Assembly: GCA_973895155.1 (NCBI GenBank)
Contig: OZ316896.1
Coordinates: forward strand, 20,510,754 to 20,574,753
Reading direction: 5' to 3'
DNA length: 64,000 bases
From: Marsupella aquatica
Taxonomy: Eukaryota > Plantae > Marchantiophyta
Position numbers and translations under genes: made by a program. The first letter of the stretch is position 1. Every line of letters begins with the position of its first letter. Positions 48,471 to 61,500 of the stretch are shown here, piece by piece. Below the pieces are notes generated by a model, which was not told the DNA's origin, made no database searches, and saw nothing but the letters and a program-made list of their open reading frames with translations.

Positions 48471-50821
48471 TCACAAACCTAACGATGGGTCATTACTGCA
48501 CTTCACTTGGGCTTCTTCACCGGGATCTGCAGAGTCTGGAAGAACTCGATACAAGCCAGAGAGTGTCGAAGTGATCGTGATTCTCGAAGGATATGACAAT
48601 TTACGCAAGAGGGAGTAGAATGGGAGACAGACGGGCTTTTCAACAAGGCAAAAAAAAGGAGCAAAAAGTGAGTTTCTCTGTGGTTCTAAGAGAAGGGAAA
48701 CAGTTCATCAGGTAGAGTTCACAGCCCAAACTCCATTGTTCAGATGCCGACGAGGAGACCTGCCCGAAATGTCTGCCTAACATTTCGATTTGCTCAAAAT
48801 CGGCTCCATGCAATGGAGCAAAGGAGATCAACCATTGTGAGTAAAACCTACACTACGTAATAGCATGCGGTTGATGCGACGGGAACTTTGATCATTTGTA
48901 GTTTTTCTCTATCGGTGATTTCCCTAGCACAGCTCTCGATACCTCACCTCGACCAACTTGTGGCAGGACCAGAGCTCCAGCACCTCGCACCGTGTTCAGA
49001 ACCTGGCAGAGATCAAAGCAAAGAATACCGAAAGCCCGACCGAAAGGAGTAGAAAGTATCGATAGCAGACAGAATCAAAGCAGAGGAAGACTCTCACTGC
49101 CAATCCGTGGTCGAACCGGGTCGATAGTTTGACGGGCGGCTGCTGCTAGTGAGAGACAACCGAGGGTAACGGCGTTCGTCTGCTCTCACTTTGACTATTT
49201 CCGTGGACGAACGTCGAAGAAACCACAGTGGTGTAAACGTTTCCAGAGTTTTTTATTGGCTGCTTTGCCGGTTCCTTCGACTTTGAGAGCTCAAAAGGCT
49301 ACTTTTCGTCATCCCATGGTCTAAGGAGCTGGGATAGAATGCTCCTGGAGGTAACTTATTTCCAGCTCTTTGAAAAAACTTTGCACAATCGTTGAGAAAA
49401 AATCATGTAAACTTGCGGTGCACATATTGGCGTGACACCAATTCTGCTCACTCTAACAACAGCTACACTTTATCGTGACTGCCTCAACCCACAAAATCTA
49501 CCAAAAATCCTCAGTCAAGAGAAAATTAAGAATACACAAGTGAGGACTTATACGTACGGCATCGTGCGAGTCCGTTTGAGACTTGAACTTGCAGGACTCA
49601 GCTCTGAAGCAAAATGTTGAACAGAAATACGCAAATGGAAATGAAAATAATAAAACAGACACTTGCCTTCATTCATTGTCAATTTCTCTTTGGGGATGAT
49701 ACGGGGCCAGGATTATTTTCAGACATCACCAAAAGCTCCTGGTGTTTGTGGAGAATCGAATCAAAGAGATTCATATACGATTATCTGGGACGCTGGCTCT
49801 GAAATGAAATAATGGATTTTTCTACCCTATCACCAGAAGCTCTTGATATTTTTGGAGAATCAATTTAGAAAGACGCATGTAAGATAATTATCTGGGACGC
49901 TGGCTTCTGAAATGAAGTCGTTTTTTTCTCGTGCATAGAAGCGTCTATAACCACGGTAGTACTTTCGTTCTCGCGACTTTCATCATTTATTGCTCTTGAA
50001 GAAAAACCCACCCCAGAAGAAAGTGGCATAATTGATAAAACAATTATAACAGCATAGGTTGGTCAGCAAAAATTCTCCTTTAGTTACAAAGTACCACCAT
50101 GCAGAAGCAAAATGAATGCAATCCAAGAATCCGACTGTACAAGTCTTGCCGAAAAACTGCCAAGTGGTGAGGCATTTTAGTATTCCTCCCTGCACCTCAC
50201 CGAGCTCTACTGAGACAGATCTTCACATCTACCAAAAATATTTTCCGTGAACATATATTCCTTGTGTGGACGACCCTTAAATGAACCATGCCAGAATGCA
50301 TGACGGCTCAAACGCAGACTTCCAAAGTGACATCGCAACTTAGATCACGTCGTATGCTCAGAATCTAAGTGAGCTCAAGGTATCTTATATATCAGCTGGC
50401 TTAGAGTCTAAGCAGATGTAGCTTATAAAGGAATGATCCATCAGTCCACTCCATTGCATTAGTCTTTGATTGCGTCTGACAAAGAATTCAATCGATCGTC
50501 GAAACTACCTATCGTGTAGAACTTAAAACTGCGTGTGTGCCAACCTCAAGCCAACCATTGACCCATGCAGCTAGCCTTACAGCGCAAGATAGTCGCTCTA
50601 ATGAATAGAGGGGAGCTATGCCGAATTGAAGTTGCATGAAGATAGTTGGCCCCGCTTCAACTGAATCGAAAGGAAGAAGTGAACGCTGAACATATATGCG
50701 TTCCATCCAGCAGTGGGAGCTCCGATAAACTCAAATAAGATACCTTCTTTCTCTCGATCAAGGTAGCCGCCCTTTGGTCACAGCCGATGGTGATCTCTCA
50801 CTGATCGAATTAATTTCTCCC

Positions 50822-51675
50822 CTACTTGTGCTTCTTTTTTTCAAGGAGCTCTTCGGTTGAGGCTCCGGAAGCAACATCTCTATTGCATGGGAGCATGAAA
50901 TGTTGTTGACGGTGTGTGACGATCTGTAGTGTCGTCAAAATTGCCAAGAAGTGAATCATTCGAACCGGGCAGGTCTTCCGCTTCTCGCTGGAGAGGTTGC
51001 TCCCGTGCGGAGTCTGAGAGGGACGACGTCGCATCAGAAGGAGATTGTCTTTGTAAGGAGCTCTTCAGTTGAGGCTCCGGCAGCAACATTTCTATTGGGA
51101 GCACGAAATGTTGTTGACGGTGTGTGACGATCTGCATTGTCGTCAAAATTGCCAAGAAGTGAGTCATTTGTACCGGGCAGGTCTTCTGGTTCTCGGTCGA
51201 GAGGTTGCTCCTCTGCAGAGTCGGAGAGTGACGACGTCGCGTCAGAAGGAGATTGTCTTTGTAAAGAGGTCGTTCCCGCTGGAGTCGGAAGGCCGTCTTC
51301 GTTTCTGCTTTGGTGTTCGTGAAGATCTGGATCAGCAGCTTCAGGCTGTCTGAAACGGGGTCTGAGATCATCTGCTGCACACCCTGGTTCACCACAAGTA
51401 TCGAAGATTACTTACGCGGATCGAGCTCGAGGCAACAGGTCAGTAATTACAAAACCAGATTCCCCGAGAAATCGACAAACCGCCAAATTGATTTCAGGGT
51501 AATTGCCGTTACCTCGACGACTAAGCTCACGAACAAGAGACGCCACGTTTAGAAGTATGTTTGCCATGAGCGGATATACAGATCCATAATCACACTGGAA
51601 ATCCCTGATTCCGACAAACACTACGCCGAAGAGTAAAGGAAAATGCAATTAATAGTTCCCCATGGCTTCCGACAT
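50822..51675 (-). pseudogene. Orphan membrane-protein gene, copy 1 (disrupted)
   Basis: ATG at 51675 with an in-frame TAA at codon 9 (51651-51649). A ~210-bp internal duplication in exon 2 shifts the frame (..EELLTKTISF*). Confidence 0.65.
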
Positions 51676-52695
51676 GATGTATATCGCCACGAGTATTCGA
51701 TCTAATTTCTTGGATGAATTGATCGAAGTTGCTGGTACGTACGTACAGTAGGCCGAAAGCTAGTGTGACATAATCTGAATGAGTGGATTGATGGATGATG
51801 CGAACATCAGCAAAGGTCCTTAATAAAAGTCCAATTCTGGTCACAGTTCTGGCCTTGTGTTGTGCAGTAGAGTTCGCCAGCATCAACACAACGTTTCATC
51901 CGCGGCTCGGTCCTGAGAATACGTTATCACTTCTCTATCCTAGTGACTAGTAAGCTTTGGTAGGGGTGTACAGTTAGTAAAAAATTCAGGCTCCCGCATC
52001 CAGATCACCGGCCGGATCGACACTCGACTGAGGTAGCTTGACATTCATAGTTCAAAAGTACCTTAGACTCTAGGAGGTGAACGAACATTGGCTACAAAGG
52101 CCGTCGATCAACAGTGCAGCAACGCGCCCGAGCGGCTCAATGAAATTCAAACAGGAAACGTACAGATCGATGCCTTGAATTGTACCGTTCTGAACGTATG
52201 TGCAACCTCCTTACTCGTTGCAAGTTAGCCGTGCTGATCGGAACGTAACTCACAACAGCCAGAAGAACAGATGCGGGCATACGGACTGAGCACTATTAGC
52301 GGTCTTTAGATTGAACTCGGACAAGGTATCTATGAGGAGAGTGTCGATCCGGCCGGTGATCTGGATGCGGGAGCCTGAAGTTTTTACTAACTGTACACCC
52401 CTACCAAAGCTTACTGGTCACTAGGATAGAGTCGAAGTGATTAACGTATGTATTCTCAGGACCGACCCGCGGATGAAACGTTGTGTTGATGCTGACGAAC
52501 ACTACTGCACAACACAAGGCCAGAACTGTGACCAGAGTTGGACTTATATTAAGAAACCTTTGCTGATGTTCGCATCATCTATCGATATACCCATTCAGAT
52601 TATGTCACACTGTGCTTTCGGCTTACACGTCCGTACCAGCAACTTCCATCGATTCATCCAAGAAATTAGATCGAATACTCGTGGCGATATACATC

Positions 52696-53337
52696 ATGTC
52701 GGACGCCATGTGGAACTATTTCACTTTCCTTATACTCTCCGGCGCAGTGCTTGCCAGAATCAGGCTTTTCCCGTTTGATAATAATGGATCTGTATATCTG
52801 CTCATAACAAGCATACTTCTAACCGTGGCGACTATTGTTCGTCAGTTTAGTCGTCGAGGTAACGACAATCACCCTGAAATCAATTTGTCGGTTTGTCGAT
52901 ATTTTGGGGAATCTTGTTTTGTAATTACTGATCTGTTGCCTCAAGCTCGATCCGCGTAAGTAATCTTCGATACTTGTGATGAACCAGGGTGTGCAGCAGA
53001 TGATCTCAGACCCCGTTTCAGACAGCCTGGAGCTGCTGACCCAGATCTTCACGAACACCAAAGAAGAAACGAAGACGACCTGCCGACTCCAGCGGGAACG
53101 ACCTCTTCACAAAGACAATCTCCTTCTGACGCGACGTCGTCACTCTCCGACTCCGTAGGCGAGCAACCTCTCGACCGAGAACCAGAAGACCTGCCTGGTA
53201 CACATGACTCACTTCTTGGCAATTTTGACGACACTGCGGATCGTCACACACCGTCAACAACATTTCATTCTCCCAATAGAACTGTTGCTGCCGGAGCCTC
53301 AACCGAAGAGCTCCTTGAAAAAAAGAAGCACAAGTAG
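52696..53337 (+). CDS. Orphan ~166-aa membrane protein, copy 2 (intact). Exons 52696-52858, 53000-53337. Two hydrophobic segments, acidic disordered tail, C-terminal KKHK
   Basis: A phase-1 GT..CAGCAG intron joins MSDAMWNYFTFLILSGAVLARIRLFPFDNNGSVYLLITSILLTVATIVRQFSRR to DDLRPRFRQPGAADPDLHEH...GASTEELLEKKKHK*. Splice sites are conserved in all three copies. Confidence 0.55.
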
Positions 53338-54858
53338 GGGCCGGAGAAATGCATTCGATCAGTGAGAGCATCTCCATCGGCTGTGACCGCAGGGGGGCTA
53401 CCTTGAGAGAAAGAAGGTATCTCATTTGGGTTTATCGGAGCTCCCACTGCTGGATGGAGCGCATATATGTTCAGCGTTCACTTCGATCTTCCTTTCAATT
53501 CTGTTGAAACGGGGACAACTATCTTCATGCAACTTCAATTCGGCTTAGCTCCCCACTATTCATTACAGCGAATATGTTGCGGTGTAAGGCTAGGTGCACT
53601 GTTCTAGTGTAGACTTGAGTTAATTCGGCGCACACGCAGTTTTTAGTTCTAGACGATAAGTAGTTTCGACGATCGATTGAATCCTTTGTCAGTGGCAATG
53701 TAAAGCTAGAGGTAACAGCTTCCTGTCTATAGATGTTATCCAATGGTTGGCTTGAGGTTGGCGCACACGCAGTTTTAAGTTCTAGACGATAGGTAGTTTC
53801 GACGATCGATTTTCTTTGTCAGTCGCAATGTAAAGAGGTAACAGCATCCTGTTAGAAGGACGCCTATATATGACAGTGGAACAATTTGGGAGGCGGTCAA
53901 ATCTGTTTGAACGACTCTCGTTACTTTACTGCAATCAGAAACGGACAGTAGTTCTACTTCTTTTGACGCTACATAACTTCAATCGCCAGGATCTTGTTGT
54001 TTTCCTTGATCACTGATCTTCACCCATTGTGATTGCAAGGCGCTTCCAGCTATATAGACTGAATGTGTTTCTCATTGAGAGAACGGAACGAAGCACTCGA
54101 CAACAGGTCAGTTGAAGTACAACCTATAGAAAGGATTTCACAGTTCAATCCGGCCATGATGAACAAGTCACACTTGGGTGTACTCACAGATATTTCGCAG
54201 AAACTAGACAGTCACCAATCGATCTACAAAATTGTGCATAATCCATGCCGAAGTAGCTTAGTCAAAGTATCTATGCGGTGACGAACATTTCAGCGGAGTC
54301 GGAATCCCTGCACCTCTGCGGCTGTCATTTTGTCTGCTTAATATATTCCGGAGCACGTCTATTGCATCACACGATCATGAATTCTTCCCGCTGTAGTGAG
54401 TCAAGCGACGATTCTTTCCCAATTTGTGCTTCAGCTTCGTTTTATGGGTTGGTACGTACCCCGTATCCTACAATTGGTCCTGATTGTCTGATGCGTGACG
54501 TTCATTTCAAGAATCCTTAGTTTTCTATGGGGCGACCTGATTTGTTTCATCATATCGTATTGGGCGACCTGATTTGTTCATCATTTCCGTTTGGGAAGTC
54601 AGATTGGTATCGAATGAGCAGCTACAGCTGTAAACGGGACGGCCAACAGGTCGCTGAAGGGTTAAGTAGTTCAAGTGCCTTTCAATGTACCCAACTTGAA
54701 AGTATTTTGGAAGCCTTCAATTTGAAGCCAGCAAAGCTGCGAAGTACAGTAATCGATTGGATCAACTTCTGGGATTTAAGGGCATCTATTTCTAAGTTGA
54801 ATTTTTCAGACGGCTCTCTTTGTAGATTGGTGGGGTGCTAACTTCCGCAATTTAAATT

Positions 54859-55290
54859 TTAACTGTAGATTGTCGCCCGTACCTGCTTCTGATTGTCTAT
54901 AACCAAAGAAATACACTCTGCGTGATCATTATGATGTTCCAGGGCATCTTTCATGGACAAAAACAGCGCTCTAAGGTCAGACTCAGCTGTAAATTAACGT
55001 CGCAGTTTCTGTCCTATACACATGCCCACCATCCGGAAGGCTTCCATCTTCAACCTTATCGGTTGAAAAGGATGCCAGGCTACTACTTGTTGGCTCAGCA
55101 ATTGACTCTACAATATTTCCAATAGAACTAAGAACTATTTCGTTTCTGTCAGAAGCTATTTTTGTTCCCTCACTCTCTACAGTACGAAACTCGTCGAAAT
55201 CCGCTACACTCTTTTGGTAGGGGCATCTTTGTTACTTCACACAATCTTTGTCACTTCACACAAGGATTGTGTGTCTCTCTACAGCGTAAG
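54859..55290 (-). pseudogene. Degenerate duplicate of the MSH3 terminal exon 3' part
   Basis: Homologous to 58548-~58950 (CTGTAGATTGTCGCCCGTACCTGCTTCTGA...CATCTTTCATGGACAAAAACAGCGCTCTAAGGTCAGACTCAGCTGT) with indels. Confidence 0.85.
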
Positions 55291-55757
55291 TATCATGTTG
55301 CAACGGAATGGGTATTGTAAACAATCTTAATACTCCTGGTACAAACCATGCCTGCTAAACTCGATCTGACCGATTCTTCCCCGCTTCAATTAGCCAATTC
55401 AGAGACTGCTCATGTTCGATCTGCTTCCGTCTGGGCCTCCCCTTCCGCCATCGTAATTGCTTCCCTTTCAATTTAGCCACGCAGCAAGCAATATTGAAGA
55501 GATATTGCCAATCAACTCAACCTTCTGATTCCTCGACAAATCCATCCATGCACCATTGCTACCGCCGCCATCGCCATCGATCGTGACCACTTACAACCAA
55601 CACTACCGACGCCGTAGATGTACGTGCTAGGATGCAATTCAGATTATGATCTCCTGTTTCTCCCTGCAGCTCACAAAACTCGACTGAGGTAGCTTGACCT
55701 TCATAGTTCAAAAGTGTCTTAGACTCTAGCGCGTGATCGAACTTCGCTAGAAAGCCC

Positions 55758-55992
55758 GTCGATCAACCGTGATCGCAACGCGCACGTACGCGCGGCTTGA
55801 TGCAACTCAAACGGGAAACGGGCAATCAACCGTCATCGCAATGCGCACTCGATGCAACTCAAACGGGAAACGGGCGATCAACAGTCATAGCAACGCGCAC
55901 TCGCGCGATGCAACTCAAACGGGAAACGGGCGATCAACCGTCATAGCAACGCGCACTCGCGGCTCAATGCAATTCAGAAGGGAAACGTAAAG
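55758..55992 (+). repeat. ~55-bp tandem repeat (4 copies) upstream of orphan copy 3
   Basis: GATCAACCGTCAT.GCAACGCGCACTCG..GATGCAACTCAAACGGGAAACGGGC repeats here but is single-copy in the paralogous spacer at ~52105-52160. Confidence 0.85.
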
Positions 55993-56530
55993 ATCGATGC
56001 CTTGAATTGTACCGTCCTGAACGCATGTGCAATCTCCTTACTCGTTGCAAGTTAGCAGTGATGATTGGAACGTACCTCACAACAGCCTGAAGAACAGATG
56101 CGCGCAGAAGGACTGAGCACTATATATTAGCGGTCTTTAGATTGAACTCGGACAAGATGTCTATGAGGAAATTGTCGATCCGGCCGGCCGGTGGTCTGGA
56201 TGCGGGAGCCTGAAGTGTTTACCAGTGGTACACCCCTACCAAAGCTTACTGGTCACTAGAATAGAGACGAAGTGATTAACGAATGTATTCTCAGAACCGA
56301 CCCGCGGATGAAACGTTGTGTTGATGCTGGCGAACACTACTGCACAACACAAGCTGGCCAGAACTGTGACCAGAATTGGACTAATATTAAGGAACCTTTG
56401 CTGATGGTCGCAACATCCAAAGATCCACTCATTCAGATTCATCACACTTTGCTTTCGGCTTAGACGTGCGTACCAGCAACTTACATCGATTCATCAAAGA
56501 AATTAGATCGAATACTCGGCGAAATCTATC

Positions 56531-57090
56531 ATGTCGGACATCATGCGGAACTATATCATTTTCCTTATACTCTTCGGCATAGTGCTTGTCGGAATCAGGC
56601 TTTCCCCGGGAGATAATGGTCCTGTCTATCCGCTCGTGGGAGGCGTATTTCTTAACGTCGTGTCTCTTATTCATGAGCTTAGACATCGAGGTAACGACGA
56701 TCACAATGAAAAGAATTTGTGGCGGTTTGTCGATTTTTCGGGAAATCTTGTTTTGTAATTACTGATCTGTTGCCTCAAGCTCGATCCGCGTAAGTAATCT
56801 TCGATACTTGTGGTGAACCAGGGTGTGCAGCAGATGTTTTCAGACCCCGTTTCAGACAGCCTGATCCTGCTGACCCAGATCTTCACGAACCCCAAAGCAG
56901 AAACGAAGCTCGAAACGAAGAGGACCTGCCGACTGCAGCGGGAACGAGTTCCTTACAAAGACAACCTCCTTCTGACGCGACGTCGCCACTCTCCGACTCC
57001 GCAGGGGAGCAACCTCTCGAGCGAGAACCCGGTACAAATGATTCACTTCTTGGCAATTTTGACGACACTGCAGATCGTCACACACCGTAA
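56531..57090 (+). pseudogene. Orphan membrane-protein gene, copy 3 (C-terminally truncated). Exons 56531-56690, 56834-57090
   Basis: Same intron as copy 2. MSDIMRNYIIFLILFGIVLVGIRL..VFLNVVSLIHELRHR|DVFRPRFRQP... A TCA>TAA change at 57088-57090 removes the KKxx tail. Confidence 0.55.
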
Positions 57091-58547
57091 ACAACATTTC
57101 GTGCTCTTAATAGAAATGCTGCTGCCGGAGCCTCAACCGAAGAGCTCCTTGAAAAAAGAAGCACAAGTAGGGGAGAAATGAATTCGATCAGCGAGACCAT
57201 CTCCATCGGTTGTGACCACAGGGCGGGTACCTTGAGAGAAAGAAGGTATCTAATTTGAGTTCATCGATGCTCTCACTGCTGGATGGAGCGCAGTTGTGAT
57301 CAGCGTTCACTTCTTCGTTTCAATTCAGTTGAAGCGGGGCCAACTATCTTCATGCAACTTCAATTCGGCTTAGCTAGCTCCCCACTATTCATTACAGCGA
57401 ATATCTCGCGGTGTAAGGCTAGTTGAATGGCATGGTTCAATTATTTTAGGCTTAAGCTTGGCGCACACGCAAGTTTTAGTTCTAGACGATTGGTACTTTC
57501 GACAATTTTCTGTCAGTCGCAATGTACAGAGGTAACAGCATCCTGACTATAGCTGTTATCCATTGTAGTTCGAGTTACAAGGACGACTATGGCAGTGGAA
57601 CAATTTTGGGAGGCGGTCAAATATTTTTGAACGACTCTCGTTACCTTACTGCAATCAGAAATGGAAAATAGTTCAACTTCTTTTGACGCTACATAACTTC
57701 AATCTCCAGTATTGTGTTGTATCCCTTGATCAATGATCTTCACCCTCTACTTCCTGATTGCAAGGCGCCTCCAGACTGAATGTGTTTCTCATTGAAAGAA
57801 TGGAACGGAGCACTCGACGACACATCAGTTGAAGTATACCATATAGAAAGGACTTCACAGTTGATCCCATGATGAACAAGTCACACTTCGGTGTACTCAC
57901 AGCTATTTCGCAGAAACTAGTCACCAATCGATCTACAAAATTTGTGCATAATCGTTTGCCTCGTGACGCTGAACTAGCTTAGTCAAAGTATCTATGCGGT
58001 ATATCTATGCGGTGAAGAACATTTCGGCGGAGTTGGAATCCCTGCACCTCTGCGGCTGTCATTTTGTCAGCTTCATATATTCCCGAGCACGTCTATTGCA
58101 TCACACCATCATGAATTCTTTCCGCTGTAGTAAGTCAAGCGACGGTTCTTTCCCAATTTGTGCTTCGGCTCCGTTTAATGGGTTGGTGACCCGTATCCTA
58201 CAATTGGTCCTGATTTTTTGATGAGTGATATTTCAAGACTCCTTAGTTTTCTATTGGGCGACCTGAATTGTTTCATCATTTCGAATTGGGAGCTAAGATT
58301 GGTATTGAATGAGCAGCTACAGCTGTAAACGGGACGGCAGACAGGTCGCTGCAGGGATATGTAATTTGAGTGTCTTTCATTGTACCCAACTTTCAAGTAC
58401 ATTGGAAGCCTTCAATTTGAAGCCAGCAAAGCTGCGAAGTACAGTAATCGATGAACTTCGGGATTTAACCGCATCTAATTCTAAGTGGAATTTTTCAGAC
58501 GGCTCTCTTTGTAGATTGGTGGGGAGCAAAACCTCCGCAATTTAAAT

Positions 58548-61500
58548 TTAGCTGTAGATTGTCGCCCGTACCTGCTTCTGAATGTCTATAAGCAAAGAAA
58601 TACACTCTGCGTGATCATTATGATGTTCTAGGGCATCTTTCATGGACAAAAACAGCGCTCTAAGGTCAGACTCAGCTGTGAACTTCCTAGTTTCTGTCCT
58701 ATACACATGTCTACCATCCGGAAGCCTTCCATCTTCAAGCCGATCTGTTGAAAAGGTTGCCAGGCTACTACTTGTTGGCTCAGCACTTAACTCTACAATA
58801 TTTCCAATTGAAGTACGAACTATTTGGTTACTGTCAGGGGCTATGTTTGTGCCCTCGGTCTCTACAGAACGACACTCTTCCAAACCGTCTCCACTCTTGG
58901 TAGGGGCACCTTTGTCACTTAACACGATCCTATTGTGGGGTCCTACCTCGACGCAGTTGTTGGCATCCCTACTATCTAACAAGATCCCTTTATTGGGTTT
59001 GTCCTCAAGACAATTGCTAGTGGCATTTTCTCTGCACTCCGACAAGGTCATTATGTTGCGGGTCCCCTCAACACAGTCACTTGTGACCTCCAAAATCTTT
59101 CGGTTGCTGACTTCCTTCTCAAACTTGGCTGCCATACTGGCGGCGCGAAGCACACACGCTTCAGGAATCTGAGGATTCAGAAAATAACACAACGGTTAGA
59201 CCCAAGGTCCAAGCTTTCTTGAAGACTCGATTTTAAGCATGGCGTCCCGTCCCTAACCAAATAATATCAGTGCTCTTTACCCCAACAAGGATACCCCATG
59301 AAGGCAAACCGGAACAAAAAGTAATGTAGATATGGGATAGACAACTACTGGGGTTGGAATTTGTCTGACCTGTGCAAGCCGAGCAACATGCAGACCAAAA
59401 CTTCTGCTTGCGACTCCTGGCACCAACTTGTACAAGAATGTGATGGTCTGCGAGTCCTCGGATATCTCATTGCCACCTTGGCTAGAGTCTAGTGTCAATT
59501 CCTTCGCTGCCCCTGATTCATGTGCCATGTAAGACACATAATAGGAGTTCACCTCTCCTGGGAACTCATCCATCAGCTCAGAAATCTTAGGATAATGAGT
59601 AACAAAGAGAGTCAGACACCTCGTCTCCTTCAGTAAATGGTGCAGCGTAGCATATGCTATTGCTACTCCATCATGGGTGCTTGTCCCTCGGCCCAGCTCA
59701 TCCAATATAACCAACGACCGAGAGGTTGCAGTTCTCAATATGGTAGAGGTTTCACTAAGCTCCTCAAAGAAAGTGCTTGACCCTTTATGCAGACTGTCAG
59801 ATGCACCCATGCGAGTCTGAACAGAATCAAAGACATGGAGCTTTGCAGATGAAGCTGGAACATATGAGCCCACCTTCACAGAAAACAGGGTACGAAACAG
59901 TTACTTACCATTAAATGAACCATTCATGTTACACGGACGAGCAACCTCAGAATGAGATAGACAACTTCTCGACCTCCCTGGGGTTTACCACAGAAGCCGA
60001 GAAAGCAAGAACATGCAATCAATCAAATGAGCCTCTCTCTTCAAACTCCAAATCTACCGCAACGAGCTAGTTTGTTACAAAATCACCGTGTACCTGGGCC
60101 ATGATGGCAATCAAGGCCACTTGCCGAATGTAGCAACTCTTTCCGCCCATGTTTGGTCCTGTGATTATCTGACAACGTTCATTTGGGTCACCCAAAAAGG
60201 TATCATTTGGTACAAACGCATCTTGCAGAGTCGAGTCCAGAATCTGCATAAGATAAGTCTTCCGTCAGTATGGTCACCAAGACACTCCCCACAAAAACAC
60301 ACATGCCATGCTAGTGCTGTAAAAGAAATAATTAGAAATATTTTTAAAGCCATATACAATACACACTTCGGGACGCGTACACTCCCAAACAGAACTCTAC
60401 GAAGACGAAATGAGGACAGCTTTAATTTTGTTTCTGCTAGCGAATATGAGAGGGGTCGGCGGGGGTGGGGGGGTGTGCTTTGCCTATATTGAAGAAAGAA
60501 AGGCAAAGATAGGACGACATGTCCACACATTCAAAACTAAAGCCTACATAGTTACAATACATTATCACTTACGCTCCGGTATGGTAAAGCCAATTTAAGA
60601 CTCTTGCGTACATGTTTTACTTTCGGCACTTTCAGTGAATCCTTCAGCGGTTTATTACTTCTGTCTAGAACAGTTAATAATAAATCTGACACCCACAAGA
60701 GTTGGAAGGCACATGCTGTCATGGAAAGTTGCCGTAACACAGAAAAAAATCAAGCACATAAACTGGTTGAAAGGTGTACCGGATTGCGGCCCGACTGTAT
60801 CCTGAGTTGCGAGGGCTCAGAATCTCCAACAAATTCTGGTCTGGTGTAGCCCTAGGGGTTCAGGATTCAAAAACAGAAAAATATCCTAACCTGTTAGAAA
60901 GAATAACAAGAGAATGAGGAAAGCGCAAACTTTAATGGAACAAGTCTATTAACTTTGGTCAAGATGAGCACCTGGTTGCGAGAAAGCAGAGCAAGAGAGT
61001 GAAGGCAGTCTAATGCAGCAAGGGCCTGCACTGAAGCTCGAAAGTCAACATAGTGAGTAGAAAACTCTGCCAAGAACAAATTCCATGCCCTCACACAAGC
61101 TACAGCCAACTCTTCCTGAGCAAGTGCCAGCTTATCTCTGCTCTCAAGGACTTCTGGTGGATGATACCGAGTGGTCTTCTTTGTACTGTTCACTTTCATC
61201 CAGTTTGCTGGTACACGTTGAGCTGCAGGGGCCTGGATCAGCCACAAGTTTGCCTAAGTCCATTCGATTCATAGAAGTGATAGCATATAGAGAGCCAGAG
61301 GCAACTTATGCAGGAGATGAGTCTACCAATGCATGTCCAATCTTTGTAACTTTCATTTCTCTTTTCGTAACGTTATAGGAACTTAAGATAAGTGAAAACT
61401 CCAAGAATTCCTTAAGTATCACTCTCAAAAGCACCCTCTTTTGAGGAGACGCAGTGGACGTCTCAACAATGAGGTCACGTCTGAACTCACTGGCCCCATC

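Larger units (their letters stand above)
50460..53830. repeat. Large inverted repeat: arms ~50460-52024 and ~52339-53830, spacer ~315 bp
   Basis: CCGGCCGGATCGACACTC (~52007-52024) is inverted as GAGTGTCGATCCGGCCGG (~52339). Homology continues through the orphan gene copies to CAATCGATCGTCGAAACTACCTATCG / CGATAGGTAGTTTCGACGATCGATT. Confidence 0.92.

Noticed and set aside
52950-52999. Strong GTAAGT donor at ~52956 as the intron start of the orphan gene
   Set aside because: It would give a ~44-nt intron and an immediate stop. The upstream donor at 52859 preserves the frame in the intact copy.
50880-57181. ORF-track proteins MVNQGVQQMISDPVSDSL... (50880-51395, 52976-53158, 56810-57181)
   Set aside because: They start inside the predicted intron and are broken at different places in each copy. 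The splice phase selects the alternative DDLRPRFRQP frame.
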